Shown piece after piece: positions 50,754 through 60,536 of a stretch of DNA of 64,000 bases. The translations under genes were made by a program, and so were the position numbers. Under the pieces are notes generated by a model. The model was not told where the DNA came from, made no database searches, and worked only from the letters and a program-made list of their open reading frames with translations. This stretch comes from Candidatus Woesearchaeota archaeon (GTDB lineage: Archaea; Nanobdellota; Nanobdellia; Woesearchaeales; GW2011-AR4), in the NCBI GenBank assembly GCA_016192985.1, contig JACPTC010000017.1, positions 65,766 through 129,765 on the forward strand, read 5' to 3'. How positions within the stretch are numbered: the first letter of the stretch is position 1; each line of letters opens with the position of its first letter.

Positions 50754-51152
50754 ATGATAAGGATAATATTAGATACAAATTTTTTATTAATCCCGCTACA
50801 ATTTAGGGTAGATATATTCTCTGAATTTAACAGAATATGCAAATTTAATTACGAATTATACATTTTTGAGCAGTCAATTTGCGAGCTAAGTAACATCATT
50901 GAAGAGCAGTCAGGTCTAAATAAAAAAGCAGCACGGTTTGCACTAAAACTCATTAAATTAAAGAATATCAAAATAATCAAATCCGAAAAAATTGATGTTG
51001 ATTTGCTGATACTTGACAGCATAAACAAAGATGTAATAATAGCTACACAAGATGCTGAGCTTAAAAAGGAGCTGCTAAAGAAAGGTGCTTCTTTAATCAT
51101 CCTGAGGCAGAAAAAATACCTGCATTTGATTGAGAGAAAGCTTTATAAATGA
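50754..51152 (+). CDS. PIN-domain protein (Fcf1/Utp24-like)
   Basis: ILDTNFL, ATQD.ELKK, LRQKKYL; usual position before rpoE1. Confidence 0.88.
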   Translation: MIRIILDTNFLLIPLQFRVDIFSEFNRICKFNYELYIFEQSICELSNIIEEQSGLNKKAARFALKLIKLKNIKIIKSEKIDVDLLILDSINKDVIIATQDAELKKELLKKGASLIILRQKKYLHLIERKLYK

Positions 51153-51176
51153 CTCGTGTATTCCGAATACGTTAAA

Positions 51177-51770
51177 ATGTTCTATAAGATTGAGCTGAAA
51201 GATCATATACGGATACCTCCTAATCTATTCAATTTGCCATTGGAGGAAGCAGTAGTCAAGAGAATAAAGACCAAATACAGCGGATATATATCAAAAGATC
51301 TTGGCATTGTGGTGGACGTGCCAGGGGTAAAGGAAATAGGGGAGGGCATTATCATAGCTGGGGACGGCGCATCATACTACAATGTTTCATTCGAGCTTTT
51401 AACATTCAAGCCCGAGATGCAGGAAATAGTGGTTGGAAAAATTAAAGATATAGCAGAGTTTGGAGCTTTCATCAACATAGGACCAATTGACGGCATGATA
51501 CACATTAGCCAGACCATGGATGATTTTGTCAGCTTCAGCAAGGACAAAGCACTGACAGGCAAGGAGACAAAACGTGTCCTGAAAGTAAATGATGTTTGCA
51601 GGGCACGAATAATTGCTGTATCTTTTAAAGACCCGCTAAACCCGAAACTGGGACTCACAATGAGGCAGCAGGGCCTTGGAAGACTTGACTGGATAAAAGA
51701 GGATCTTGAAGAGAAAACCGGCAAAAAAGAAGAAAAGGAACCAAGAGAAAGCAAAGAGAAGAAGAAATGA
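51177..51770 (+). CDS. rpoE1: RNA polymerase subunit Rpo7 (E')
   Basis: GIIIAGDG, S1 domain EFGAFINIGPIDGMIHISQ, GLTMRQQGLG. Confidence 0.95.
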   Translation: MFYKIELKDHIRIPPNLFNLPLEEAVVKRIKTKYSGYISKDLGIVVDVPGVKEIGEGIIIAGDGASYYNVSFELLTFKPEMQEIVVGKIKDIAEFGAFINIGPIDGMIHISQTMDDFVSFSKDKALTGKETKRVLKVNDVCRARIIAVSFKDPLNPKLGLTMRQQGLGRLDWIKEDLEEKTGKKEEKEPRESKEKKK

Positions 51771-51952
51771 AAAAAAAAGTATGCAAAAAATGCAGGATGT
51801 TTGTTGAAGGCAACGAATGTCCTGTCTGCAAGTCAAACCAATTTTCAACAAACTGGCAGGGCAGGCTTAACATTATCGATGCCAACAAATCGCTAATAGC
51901 AGAAAAAATAGGCATCAAGTCAAAAGGGGAATATTCTATTAAGGTAAGGTGA
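51767..51952 (+). CDS. spt4: Transcription elongation factor Spt4 (RpoE'')
   Basis: CKKC..CPVC, WQG, GEYSIKVR. Confidence 0.95.
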   Translation: MKKKVCKKCRMFVEGNECPVCKSNQFSTNWQGRLNIIDANKSLIAEKIGIKSKGEYSIKVR

Positions 51953-51957
51953 TTTTT

Positions 51958-52254
51958 ATGCAGATGAATCTTACAAATAAAAAAGAAGAGCCACTTTTGT
52001 CAAGAACAAAAATTACAGCAAGATTAGAGTTCGAGAAAGCCACACCCTCTTATCAGGAAATAACCACACTGCTTGCAACTCACTTAAAGGCTGAAGAGAA
52101 GCTAATAGCTATAAGGCACATCTATAATTCATTCGGCAACAGGAAGGCAGAAGTAACCGCCTATATTTATGCGGACGAAATCAAGAAACAGGCTATAGAG
52201 CCAAAGGTCAAAGAGAAGAAGGAGAAAAAAGCAAAAGAAGAAAAGAAAAAGTAA
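51958..52254 (+). CDS. rps24e: 30S ribosomal protein S24e
   Basis: EEPLLSR, ATPS; position in the operon. Confidence 0.88.
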   Translation: MQMNLTNKKEEPLLSRTKITARLEFEKATPSYQEITTLLATHLKAEEKLIAIRHIYNSFGNRKAEVTAYIYADEIKKQAIEPKVKEKKEKKAKEEKKK

Positions 52255-52259
52255 TTAAA

Positions 52260-52442
52260 ATGGCAAAGGAACAGGCAAAGAAGAAATTGAAAGGGAGATG
52301 GAATCTTTACGAGAAGTCAGGAGATAAACTAACAAGGAAAAATAAGTCATGCCCAAAATGCGGGCAGGGCACTTTTATGGCTAAACACTCAAACAGATGG
52401 AACTGCGGTCACTGTAAATATACAGAATTCTTGGGGAAATGA
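52260..52442 (+). CDS. rps27ae: 30S ribosomal protein S27ae
   Basis: CPKCG.G.FMAKH..R..CG.C.YTE. Confidence 0.95.
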   Translation: MAKEQAKKKLKGRWNLYEKSGDKLTRKNKSCPKCGQGTFMAKHSNRWNCGHCKYTEFLGK

Positions 52443-52468
52443 CTTTTTTACATTATTTTATACATTAC

Positions 52469-53359
52469 TTATTTGTTGCTAAACTTCTGAAAAACAAGCA
52501 AATCTTCAGTTGTTAATTTCTCTCTTCTTTTGATTTTTTGCTGTATTTCCTCTTCCTTTGACTTCAAGAATAACTCTTGCTGCATCTTTATTATTTCATT
52601 TTTTTGAAAATTTATTTTGTCCAATTCCTCTTTTATGTCATTCATTATTTTCAATTTTTCCTTTAATTCAGCGTTTGCTTCTTTAAACCTTTTCTTAAAC
52701 TCAGAAAATTTTTTGAATGCGTCTTGCTCCTCATCTTTCATATTGTCAATCTCTGCAGAAATCTTTAATATTCCTTCATGCAAAATCTGGCTTTCTTTCG
52801 CCTTTTCCTGTATCAATCTATGGTTTTCATTTGCCTCTTTTCTCATCCCCTTGATCACATCAGAGATTTGATCGGTTTTTTTGCCTGCTTCTGCCATGAT
52901 ATCAGCATTTTCGTACAATTTTTTCAATTCTTTTATCCTTCTCATCAATGCCTGTTCTTTATCAAATGGCATCGGCTCTGTTTCTATCTTAAACTCAAGC
53001 TTTTCAATACTCTGCTTGATATTAGAAGGAGATTCCCTTATGTTCAATGATTTTTCAAGCTTGATTTTTTCTTTTCTTAGATTACCCAGCTCCTTTAATT
53101 TTTGAGATATGCCCCTGTTTATGCCGTCCCTTTTCGGTTTTAACTGCTTGACCTCATTAGTAAGCAAGTCTCTTTTGGCTTTACTGCTCTTTATCAGCTG
53201 GATAGCTTCTTTAATTTTTTTTGAGAATTCCTCTTTTTTCTTGAACCATGACTCTTTTTCTTTGTCCAGCCCATTCAGCAAATTCCTTAACGTAGATACC
53301 TCTGCCCTGTGCTTGTTCAGTTCTTGAACTAACTGATTTTGGCTTTGCTGTGATGTCAT
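52469..53359 (-). CDS. Archaeal coiled-coil protein (COG1340-like)
   Basis: Heptad-rich; IEKLEFKIETE, KLTTEDLL. Confidence 0.8.
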   Translation of the reverse strand: MTSQQSQNQLVQELNKHRAEVSTLRNLLNGLDKEKESWFKKKEEFSKKIKEAIQLIKSSKAKRDLLTNEVKQLKPKRDGINRGISQKLKELGNLRKEKIKLEKSLNIRESPSNIKQSIEKLEFKIETEPMPFDKEQALMRRIKELKKLYENADIMAEAGKKTDQISDVIKGMRKEANENHRLIQEKAKESQILHEGILKISAEIDNMKDEEQDAFKKFSEFKKRFKEANAELKEKLKIMNDIKEELDKINFQKNEIIKMQQELFLKSKEEEIQQKIKRREKLTTEDLLVFQKFSNK

Positions 53360-53381
53360 GAATCTGATGCAAATGCATGTT

Positions 53382-53693
53382 TCAGCCGAATAAAGCGCCT
53401 AATCCAGCTGCTGCGGCCTCCTCACTTTTCTTCTCTTCAGCCACTTTCTTCTTTTCATCAACTTTTTCAGCCTTGTGCTCGCCATGTGCTACCGGCGCTG
53501 CCACTGCAACCTGAGCTACTGCTGCCTTTTCAATCGCTTCTTCTATGTTGACTCCTTCCAAAGCTGCGACAAGTGCCTTTGCCCTTGCGTCGTCAACCTT
53601 GACCTGTGCTGCTTCTAGCACTTTCTTGACATTCGCTTCATCAACCTTTTGGCCTGCCTTGTGAAGCAACATAGCTGCGTATATGTACTCCAT
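53382..53693 (-). CDS. rpl12: 50S ribosomal stalk protein P1/L12
   Basis: [14 protein letters not shown]...[10 protein letters not shown]. Confidence 0.97.
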   Translation of the reverse strand: MEYIYAAMLLHKAGQKVDEANVKKVLEAAQVKVDDARAKALVAALEGVNIEEAIEKAAVAQVAVAAPVAHGEHKAEKVDEKKKVAEEKKSEEAAAAGLGALFG

Positions 53694-53696
53694 CGT

Positions 53697-54794
53697 CTAT
53701 ACCTCCAATTTGGTCCAAATAATTTTCTGGCCAATTTTGTTTGATTTTGTTATTAAACCTTTCTTATATAAATCTTTTAATGGCATGTTTACATTACTTT
53801 TTCTAACGCCTAATTTGAAAATTAATTCTTCTGTAGAAAGATTTTCCGATGAAAGCAAGTCAATAATTTCTTCCTTTGTTTCGTTATTTTTTCTTCTTAC
53901 ACCATTATAATTATTTCTAATTTCAATTAATTTTGATAGTTTATTTAACTTCGTGGGATGATTAAATCCAATTACTTGAAAATATTTTTCAATCTCTTTT
54001 GGTTTTATTGTTAAATAAAAATATGATTCTGATTTTTCAGCTATTTGAACATCGCTAAAATCTAATTTTCCTGTTAGTAATTCTTTTATAGATAATAAAA
54101 TATTTTTATTAGTTGAATAAATACTTATCTTATGATTCAAATCTACATTTCCTTCGTCATCAGCAAAAGCCCTGATTAGAGCTACGGAAAATTCTATTGG
54201 CAAATCTTTAATTCTTTCCGGGATTATGGCATTTCGTGTTTTGAAATCAATATTATAAAAGAATTTAATTAAGTCCGCAATAACTCTTGGGGACCTTAAA
54301 TCGTAACAGCCTGAATTTCTATAATAGATTTTTTCATCTACATCACCAAAAACAGATGAAATTAGTTTTTGGAAATTATCTATTAAGTCTTTATTTGAAT
54401 TTGTGTATATAGGAATATTATTCTTGTTGACGCTTCCATCTCCAATTAAATGTGCAATCAGGGCAAATAACTCTGGACTTTCGATTATCGGTAGTTTAGG
54501 ATTTTTAACCGCTAAGCTCGAATTAGGGCCTTTATAGGTGATAACATTGCTTTCAATTTCATTCCAATCAAGACCTCTTTTATTAACTATTTTTTTAATA
54601 TGGACTAAAGGTATGAATAGATTTAATTTTTTCCAAAAATGAATTACTTGAGGAGATACAGACAAGAAATTTGCTAATTTTTTTAACGAGCCAAAATAGT
54701 TTATACTATCATCTATAAATTTATCATTATCGCTAAGTAATATCCTAATCCTATCTGCTGGAAAATCTTTCAAATGAAATTTTTTAATTACCAT
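53697..54794 (-). mobile_element. Free-standing LAGLIDADG homing-endonuclease-like gene with C-terminal wHTH
   Basis: Motifs LIAHLIGDGSV and LIRAFADDEGNV, IGFNHPTK; no intein termini; AT-rich. Confidence 0.8.
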
Positions 54795-55907
54795 TTATTT
54801 CTCTTTCTTCTCATGCTCTTCTGCTGATTTCTTATGAAGCTCATGGTATATTTTCTCAACTTCCTTTACTTCCTGCTGCTTTTCCCTCATTTTTATGTTT
54901 GCTTCAAGCTCTTTTTTTGTAGGAGCTTTTATTTCATGTGATTCTGATTTTTGTTCTTCAGGCATTATTTCTTGAAATTCTTTTTTTACTTCGGTTTTAT
55001 CTTCTGCATTTTCGTCTTTTATCTCATGCTTTTTTTCAAAAGTTTCTATATTTGCAGAATCTTTCAGGCTTATCATTTGCTGCTGGGCTTTTCCCAAAAG
55101 CAATTCAATGATTCCCTTGTCAAAAATATTTTGTGAAATTCCAAGATTTTTTGCGTCATTGTTTGCCTTTCCAATCAAAACCGAAATAGTTTCTTTTGTT
55201 GGGTAAGCAGAGTTCACTGCAAGATTAAATGCCCATCTTGAAGCATTGCTTAGCCTGTTTTTGTATTCTGTTTCGTCAATTGAAAGCACATCCTTTGTAT
55301 AGATTAACCCCCTTTCATAAACAGCAACCAGCTCAAGGCCGACTTCCATTGGCTGAATTCCAAGTCTTGTTAAGATTTCAGCAACCTTTGGCTTTATCTT
55401 TTCCCCGGCTTTTACAACAACTGTGTCCTCCTTTATAGCCACTTTGCCACTTTCCACTCCAGCTTTAATGCCAGCTAATGCAAGCTCTCCAATTATAGGT
55501 CCAGGAGCAAATGATGTTGGGCCTTTGCTTACAGCAATATCCCGAGGGGCTGTTTGGCCGGGCTTTGCCGGCGCAGGGCTTTTGTTTTTCTGCAGGGTTT
55601 TGCTTAGCTTGAAGGGATTTTCTTTTGTGAATATCAATGCAGGCATTCCGCCTAAATGAACTTCAAGCTTTTCAATACCTTCTTTTTTTGATTTTGTCTG
55701 TTCGATGGCAAGATTCATAAACCTTCTTTTTGTCATTGTAATCTTGAAGCTACTTCTCAATTGAGCCCTCATTGCCTGCAACTGCGGTGCAGGAAGATTC
55801 TCCATATTGACAACTGCGATTATAGGATACTCATTAATGAGGTTAACAAGACTGCCTACAATCTCCTTTTTGTATTCCGCAACATGCGCTTGTATTGCTT
55901 CTGCCAT
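54795..55907 (-). CDS. rplP0: 50S ribosomal protein uL10 (P0)
   Basis: LPAPQLQ.MR, ENPFKL, GPTSFAPGP, LGIQPMEVGL. Confidence 0.95.
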   Translation of the reverse strand: MAEAIQAHVAEYKKEIVGSLVNLINEYPIIAVVNMENLPAPQLQAMRAQLRSSFKITMTKRRFMNLAIEQTKSKKEGIEKLEVHLGGMPALIFTKENPFKLSKTLQKNKSPAPAKPGQTAPRDIAVSKGPTSFAPGPIIGELALAGIKAGVESGKVAIKEDTVVVKAGEKIKPKVAEILTRLGIQPMEVGLELVAVYERGLIYTKDVLSIDETEYKNRLSNASRWAFNLAVNSAYPTKETISVLIGKANNDAKNLGISQNIFDKGIIELLLGKAQQQMISLKDSANIETFEKKHEIKDENAEDKTEVKKEFQEIMPEEQKSESHEIKAPTKKELEANIKMREKQQEVKEVEKIYHELHKKSAEEHEKKEK

Positions 55908-55910
55908 TTT

Positions 55911-56591
55911 TTATTTTGTTTCTTTTGCTACCTCAATTTTCTCTCCAATCTTGACAGGCTTTCCCATGGTTAATTTTACATACACTCCTTTGATGTTATG
56001 GCTTTCATTAGGCAATCCCTGTAGCAATGAATTATAAACAAAAATAGCGTTTTCAGTTGCTTTATTGATGTCCATATCCTCAACTCCAATAGCGCACTGG
56101 ATCAAAGGTGCGGTTCTTGCAGTTATTCTTACTGTGCGCTGCAGTTTCTCGTACAAGGCTCGGAGGTTTGCATTTGGAGGCACTATGCACCCAGACTTAG
56201 GATTTGGCATCTTTGCTCTTGGTCCGAATATCCTTCCAAAGGCAGTAGCAACTTTCGGCATTATGTTCGATTGGGCAATGAAAAAATCAAAGCTATTGGC
56301 AATTTTTCTTATTTCCCTTTTGTCCTTATACTTAGCGAAATTGTCTGCTAAAATCACAGAATCGCAAACTGATTGTGCCTGTTGCTCAAGCTCAGGCCCT
56401 ACCAAAGCACATACCTTTGCTTTCTTGCCTCTTGGGTGCGGCAATGTTACAAAGGCATCAACCTGATGCTCCTGCTTTTTTAAGTCAAGCCCTTTTAAGT
56501 TTATGATTAAGTCAAAACTCTGCTTAAAATTTCTTTTCTCAGAAATATCCTTTGCCTTTAGTAAAGCTGCTTGTATTTGTTCTTTATCCAT
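55911..56591 (-). CDS. rpl1: 50S ribosomal protein uL1
   Basis: KRNFKQSFDLIINL, GPRAKMPNPKSG, VKLTMGKP. Confidence 0.96.
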   Translation of the reverse strand: MDKEQIQAALLKAKDISEKRNFKQSFDLIINLKGLDLKKQEHQVDAFVTLPHPRGKKAKVCALVGPELEQQAQSVCDSVILADNFAKYKDKREIRKIANSFDFFIAQSNIMPKVATAFGRIFGPRAKMPNPKSGCIVPPNANLRALYEKLQRTVRITARTAPLIQCAIGVEDMDINKATENAIFVYNSLLQGLPNESHNIKGVYVKLTMGKPVKIGEKIEVAKETK

Positions 56592-56623
56592 TTGCCCTCC
56601 TACCGAAGTAGTTTAACGGGTAA
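56592..56623 (-). promoter_or_regulatory. Putative uL1 autoregulatory RNA element overlapping the rpl1 SD sequence
   Basis: CCC-GUUAAA-CUAC-UUCG-GUAG-GA-GGG directly before the AUG. Confidence 0.6.
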
Positions 56624-56716
56624 TATATGTATGGAATATTGGAGGCTTTAAAAAAGTATGTGTTTTTGGAAAGATTTAAATATTCCTAGCTTAATGAGTT
56701 TTAAAGGGAATAATAA

Positions 56717-56959
56717 ATGAAAAAAGAGGTATTGTCAATTTTAATTTTGATGGCTATTTCCATAGTTGCCTGCCAGCAAGCTGTTAAAAAGGAAGTCATT
56801 GAAAAAATGCCTGAAGCGCCTAAGTTGGATGCGACAAGAGAAGCAGCTGTAGATTCTGTTGGCAAAGATTTGGACAATGTAAACAATGTTGAAAAAGACT
56901 TAAGCACAGAGGAACTTAGCGATTTAGATGCAGAATTGGCGGACATGCAAAATATTTAA
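56717..56959 (+). CDS. Small putative lipoprotein
   Basis: MKKEVLSILILMAISIVA-C lipobox-like signal; acidic tail. Confidence 0.6.
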   Translation: MKKEVLSILILMAISIVACQQAVKKEVIEKMPEAPKLDATREAAVDSVGKDLDNVNNVEKDLSTEELSDLDAELADMQNI

Positions 56960-56994
56960 GAAGATTTTTATAAAAATACTATTTCTTCTGGCTT

Positions 56995-58092
56995 ATGATT
57001 AAGATTGATGGGAGCTATGGAGAGGCTGGCGGACAAATCGTGCGAACAGCATTAGCCCTTTCCACAATCACCCAAAAACCATTTGAGATTTATGACATTA
57101 GAAAAGGGCGCAAAGACTCTGGACTGAAAAGCCAGCATTTGTATTGTGCAAAAGCCCTTCAGGAGCTTTGCAGCGCTGATATAGAAGGAGCAGAGCTTGG
57201 CTCTTTATATTTGAAATATCATCCAAAAAAGATTGTTGCTAAAAATCTGGACATAGACATTGAAACTGCTGGCTCCATAACGTTGTTGCTTCAGGCTTTG
57301 TTATTGCCCTCAATATTCCTAAGCAAGCCAATCACAATAACCATAAGCGGGGGCACAGATACAAGATGGAGCATGCCTTTTGACTACTTCTTCAATGTTT
57401 TGCTGCCGCAACTCCAGCGATTTGCTAAAATAGAAGCTAAATTGTTGAAGAGAGGATACTATCCAAAAGGCAATGGCAAAGTTGAAATTAAAATAGCCTC
57501 AAAATACAAGTTAAATGATTTTTCTAGTTTTGATGAATTTCACAAACATTTAATACAAAATGTTCAGAAATATAATTTAATAGAACAACATTACTTAATT
57601 CAAATAAAAGGCATTTCGCACGCATCAAGTAATCTGCAAAATGCTAAAGTTGCAGAAAGACAGGCAGAATTTGCTAGGAACATGCTAAAATCTAAATATA
57701 ATATCCCAATAAACATATCAACTCAGTACCAAGAAACCTTATCAACAGGCTCTGGCATCACTTTATGGGCGATTTTTTCAAAAGATAAAGATGACATTGA
57801 TGAAAATAATCCGATTAGGCTTGGTGCAGACGCTCTTGGCGAGCAAGGCAAAAGAGCAGAAATTGTTGCAGAAGAAGCAGCCAAGAACTTAATCATGGAA
57901 ATTGAAAGCAAAGCTCCCGTAGACATGCATCTTGCAGACCAAATATTGCCATTCGCGGGATTAATTGGAAATTCAAAAATTAAAGTTTCTGAAATAACAA
58001 ACCACTGCAGGACAAATATTTATACAATAAACCAGTTTCTTGGACAAGTTTTTGAAATTGATGAAGAGAATAATATCCTATCGATTGACTGA
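56995..58092 (+). CDS. rtcA: RNA 3'-terminal phosphate cyclase
   Basis: IDGSYGEAGGQIVRTAL, GGTD, RGYYPKGNG, VDMHLADQ. Confidence 0.95.
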   Translation: MIKIDGSYGEAGGQIVRTALALSTITQKPFEIYDIRKGRKDSGLKSQHLYCAKALQELCSADIEGAELGSLYLKYHPKKIVAKNLDIDIETAGSITLLLQALLLPSIFLSKPITITISGGTDTRWSMPFDYFFNVLLPQLQRFAKIEAKLLKRGYYPKGNGKVEIKIASKYKLNDFSSFDEFHKHLIQNVQKYNLIEQHYLIQIKGISHASSNLQNAKVAERQAEFARNMLKSKYNIPINISTQYQETLSTGSGITLWAIFSKDKDDIDENNPIRLGADALGEQGKRAEIVAEEAAKNLIMEIESKAPVDMHLADQILPFAGLIGNSKIKVSEITNHCRTNIYTINQFLGQVFEIDEENNILSID

Positions 58093-58134
58093 AACAACAA
58101 CATTTTTAAATCAAAATCTTATCCCAAAAATAAA

Positions 58135-58311
58135 ATGGCAGAAAAACATGCAGTATGCACTTCATGCAAGAAGAGAATAAGCAACACAATAGGCTCAACT
58201 AGGTTTATGTGCCCCAAGTGCGCTAAGGTGGAAATTGTAAGATGCAATCATTGCAGAGAAATAGCTGCGCATTACAGATGTTCCAGTTGTGGCTTTGAAG
58301 GACCTAATTGA
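58135..58311 (+). CDS. Zn-ribbon protein (DUF1610/HVO_2753-like; 58 aa, not in ORF track)
   Basis: CTSC, FMCPKC, RCNHCR, YRCSSCGFEGP; directly upstream of aEF1-beta. Confidence 0.9.
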   Translation: MAEKHAVCTSCKKRISNTIGSTRFMCPKCAKVEIVRCNHCREIAAHYRCSSCGFEGPN

Positions 58312-58313
58312 AT

Positions 58314-58592
58314 ATGGCGAAGGTAGTTGTAACTTTCAGAATAATGCCCAAAGACCCCAGCATAGACTTGTCCGGATTAGAAAGCGGAATTAAAAAAGAG
58401 ATAGTGGATTTCTGCAGCTCTGAAGAATTTAAAACCAATATTGAGCCAATAGCATTTGGATTGAAGGCTCTCAAAATGATTTTTGTAATGGATGAAAGCA
58501 AAGGCAGCACAGAAGAGCTTGAAAACAGGATAAGCCGCATTAATGGTATAGAATCTGTTGAAGTGGTTGATGTAAGAAGGGCAATTGGTTAG
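58314..58592 (+). CDS. ef1b: Elongation factor 1-beta
   Basis: IMP, EPIAFGLKAL, ESVEV. Confidence 0.95.
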   Translation: MAKVVVTFRIMPKDPSIDLSGLESGIKKEIVDFCSSEEFKTNIEPIAFGLKALKMIFVMDESKGSTEELENRISRINGIESVEVVDVRRAIG

Positions 58593-59344
58593 CTGAACAA
58601 TGTATACTCAAGCTCATCCAAGCTTGTGAATCCTAGGGCGGCAACATTGCCTTCTGCCGTCTTAACACATAAAGTCTGGCCCGAAAATAATTGCATAACT
58701 GCAACATCTGTAAAAATACAATCTTCTTTCTGGGCTTCTCTTATTGGCTTATCAATAGCATTTATTTGTGCAGGTGTTAACGCAGTGAAATGAAGGTAAG
58801 AATCATATTTTCTTGAAAATAGGTCGCTTTTATCTGTCCTTAGTTGTGTAAATTCCATCTTGTCAAAGTCATAATACATTGCAAAATAACTTAAGTTAAT
58901 TTTGCTGAATTTATGGTTTTCTGCAAATTCATTTTCAGGCTGGCTCTCATTGGCTGGCTCTTGGCTTGTCTTTTTTGTTTCTTTATCTTCCACAGGCTTT
59001 TCAGTTTCAAGTTTAAGCTGGATTAACTCCACATTAATTTCTTCTGTTCTTCCTACCCTTATAGCCACTGTTTTTTGAAAGTCCTTGTAACCCTCCTTTT
59101 TAGCTAACAGTGTATAAGACCCAACCGGGACGTTATAAATTGTGAATGGGGTGCTGCCTTTAAACTCTCCATCTATGTATACCTGTGCCAAGCTCGGTGT
59201 TGATTCGACAAAGAGAATGCCTGTGTCGCCAATTTCTTCTGTTTCTTGGGAAGTTTGTTTTTCTATTTTTTGAGCGCACCCTGCAGCAGATACAGCAAAA
59301 AATACCAGCAATACCAGCATGGTTATGATATTCTTGTTCTCCAT
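58589..59344 (-). CDS. PEGA-domain putative lipoprotein
   Basis: AAGC lipobox; VESTPSLAQVYIDG..KG.TP..KEGY. Confidence 0.8.
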   Translation of the reverse strand: MENKNIITMLVLLVFFAVSAAGCAQKIEKQTSQETEEIGDTGILFVESTPSLAQVYIDGEFKGSTPFTIYNVPVGSYTLLAKKEGYKDFQKTVAIRVGRTEEINVELIQLKLETEKPVEDKETKKTSQEPANESQPENEFAENHKFSKINLSYFAMYYDFDKMEFTQLRTDKSDLFSRKYDSYLHFTALTPAQINAIDKPIREAQKEDCIFTDVAVMQLFSGQTLCVKTAEGNVAALGFTSLDELEYTLFS

Positions 59345-59377
59345 ATTTTCATATATTGGGCGCGATAATATAAAAAT

Positions 59378-60448
59378 CTATTTATTTTTCATCAAATTGA
59401 TTAACTTTGCAAGAGGCATATCGCTCCTTATACCTTCTCCTTTAAAATGAGTTTCGCTAGCCTGATAGCCTAATTTTCTTATTTTGCTTATTACAAATTC
59501 CTTTTTTTGCAAATGCTTTAATTTGTTTTTCCGGCAAATATCACTTAAATCATAAAAACCGACAGCATCAATTTTTGATTCATCTCTTATTATTTTTAAA
59601 AATCTGGTCAATTCTTTGTTGTTTTTGAAGAATTTATTTTTCAGAGCATTGACATATATTCTGCTTGTTAGATGCTTGTCCCATAAATTGCCGAGCCACA
59701 TGGGCCCCGCATTATTGAAATATCCATGGGATTTCAAGGTCTCGTCTGATTTATTTTTTCCTTTATAATTTTTTAGAAAAATCCTCATATAATGCTCTTT
59801 TGAATAAGAAAAAATTGGGATGAATGCCCTACTGAATTGTGCTGCAATGAGCTGTACTTTTCTTATTAAAATCCTTAAGCCTGTTTCATGCATCAAGGAA
59901 TCCCTTCTTGGCATTGCCCAGTACTTTCTCATGCAGGCTTTGGGGAATGTGCCGCACAACGCGCTTGTATCAGTTGCCGTGACTGCCAATATGCCGTCTC
60001 TTGACAGCCTTTTGCATGCTGCGTCAAGAAATAAGTTTGGCGTGCCGAATGGGTCAATATCAATATAATCAAGACCCATGGAATGCAAAAGAAAAATATT
60101 AGCATCGAGATTTTGAATTATAATATTATTATTCTGATCATATTTAATTTTATTTAATTCCAAATTTTCTTTAATGAGGCTTACAGCGCTCTTGTCATAG
60201 TCATTAATGCAAATTCTTTTAATTTTATTTTTATTCAATTCTTTCAAAAACCGGATGCTCCTGACTCCGGTTGCTGCCAAAGGATCCGCAATCTGCAAAT
60301 CAGTTTTATCAATAGAATTAAGCAGCAATACTGAAATATCCCTGTTTAGGCTCATTGCAGGGTTGTAAAAAACCCTCATTTCTTTTGATATTTTTTTCGT
60401 CTTTGGTATTTTTAATTTTGCAGAGCCTTCACTAATTATCGAGCGCAT
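59378..60448 (-). CDS. trm1: tRNA (guanine-26-N2)-dimethyltransferase
   Basis: VFYNPAM.LNRD, ATGVRSIR, DIDPFGTP, TATDTSAL. Confidence 0.93.
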   Translation of the reverse strand: MRSIISEGSAKLKIPKTKKISKEMRVFYNPAMSLNRDISVLLLNSIDKTDLQIADPLAATGVRSIRFLKELNKNKIKRICINDYDKSAVSLIKENLELNKIKYDQNNNIIIQNLDANIFLLHSMGLDYIDIDPFGTPNLFLDAACKRLSRDGILAVTATDTSALCGTFPKACMRKYWAMPRRDSLMHETGLRILIRKVQLIAAQFSRAFIPIFSYSKEHYMRIFLKNYKGKNKSDETLKSHGYFNNAGPMWLGNLWDKHLTSRIYVNALKNKFFKNNKELTRFLKIIRDESKIDAVGFYDLSDICRKNKLKHLQKKEFVISKIRKLGYQASETHFKGEGIRSDMPLAKLINLMKNK

Positions 60449-60536
60449 AAGGATAGTCAACTCAGGCTTAAATAAAAATTTTTCTTATTGAGGATAAGTT
60501 TAAAAACCTAGTAGCTTTGCTTTGGGGTGATTGAAA

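Noticed and set aside
51952..51958. No dephospho-CoA kinase (DUF359) gene between spt4 and rps24e
   Set aside because: Ordinary gene loss or rearrangement.
53690..54800. LAGLIDADG gene as part of an intron or intein
   Set aside because: No flank pairing, BHB or Hint motifs seen.
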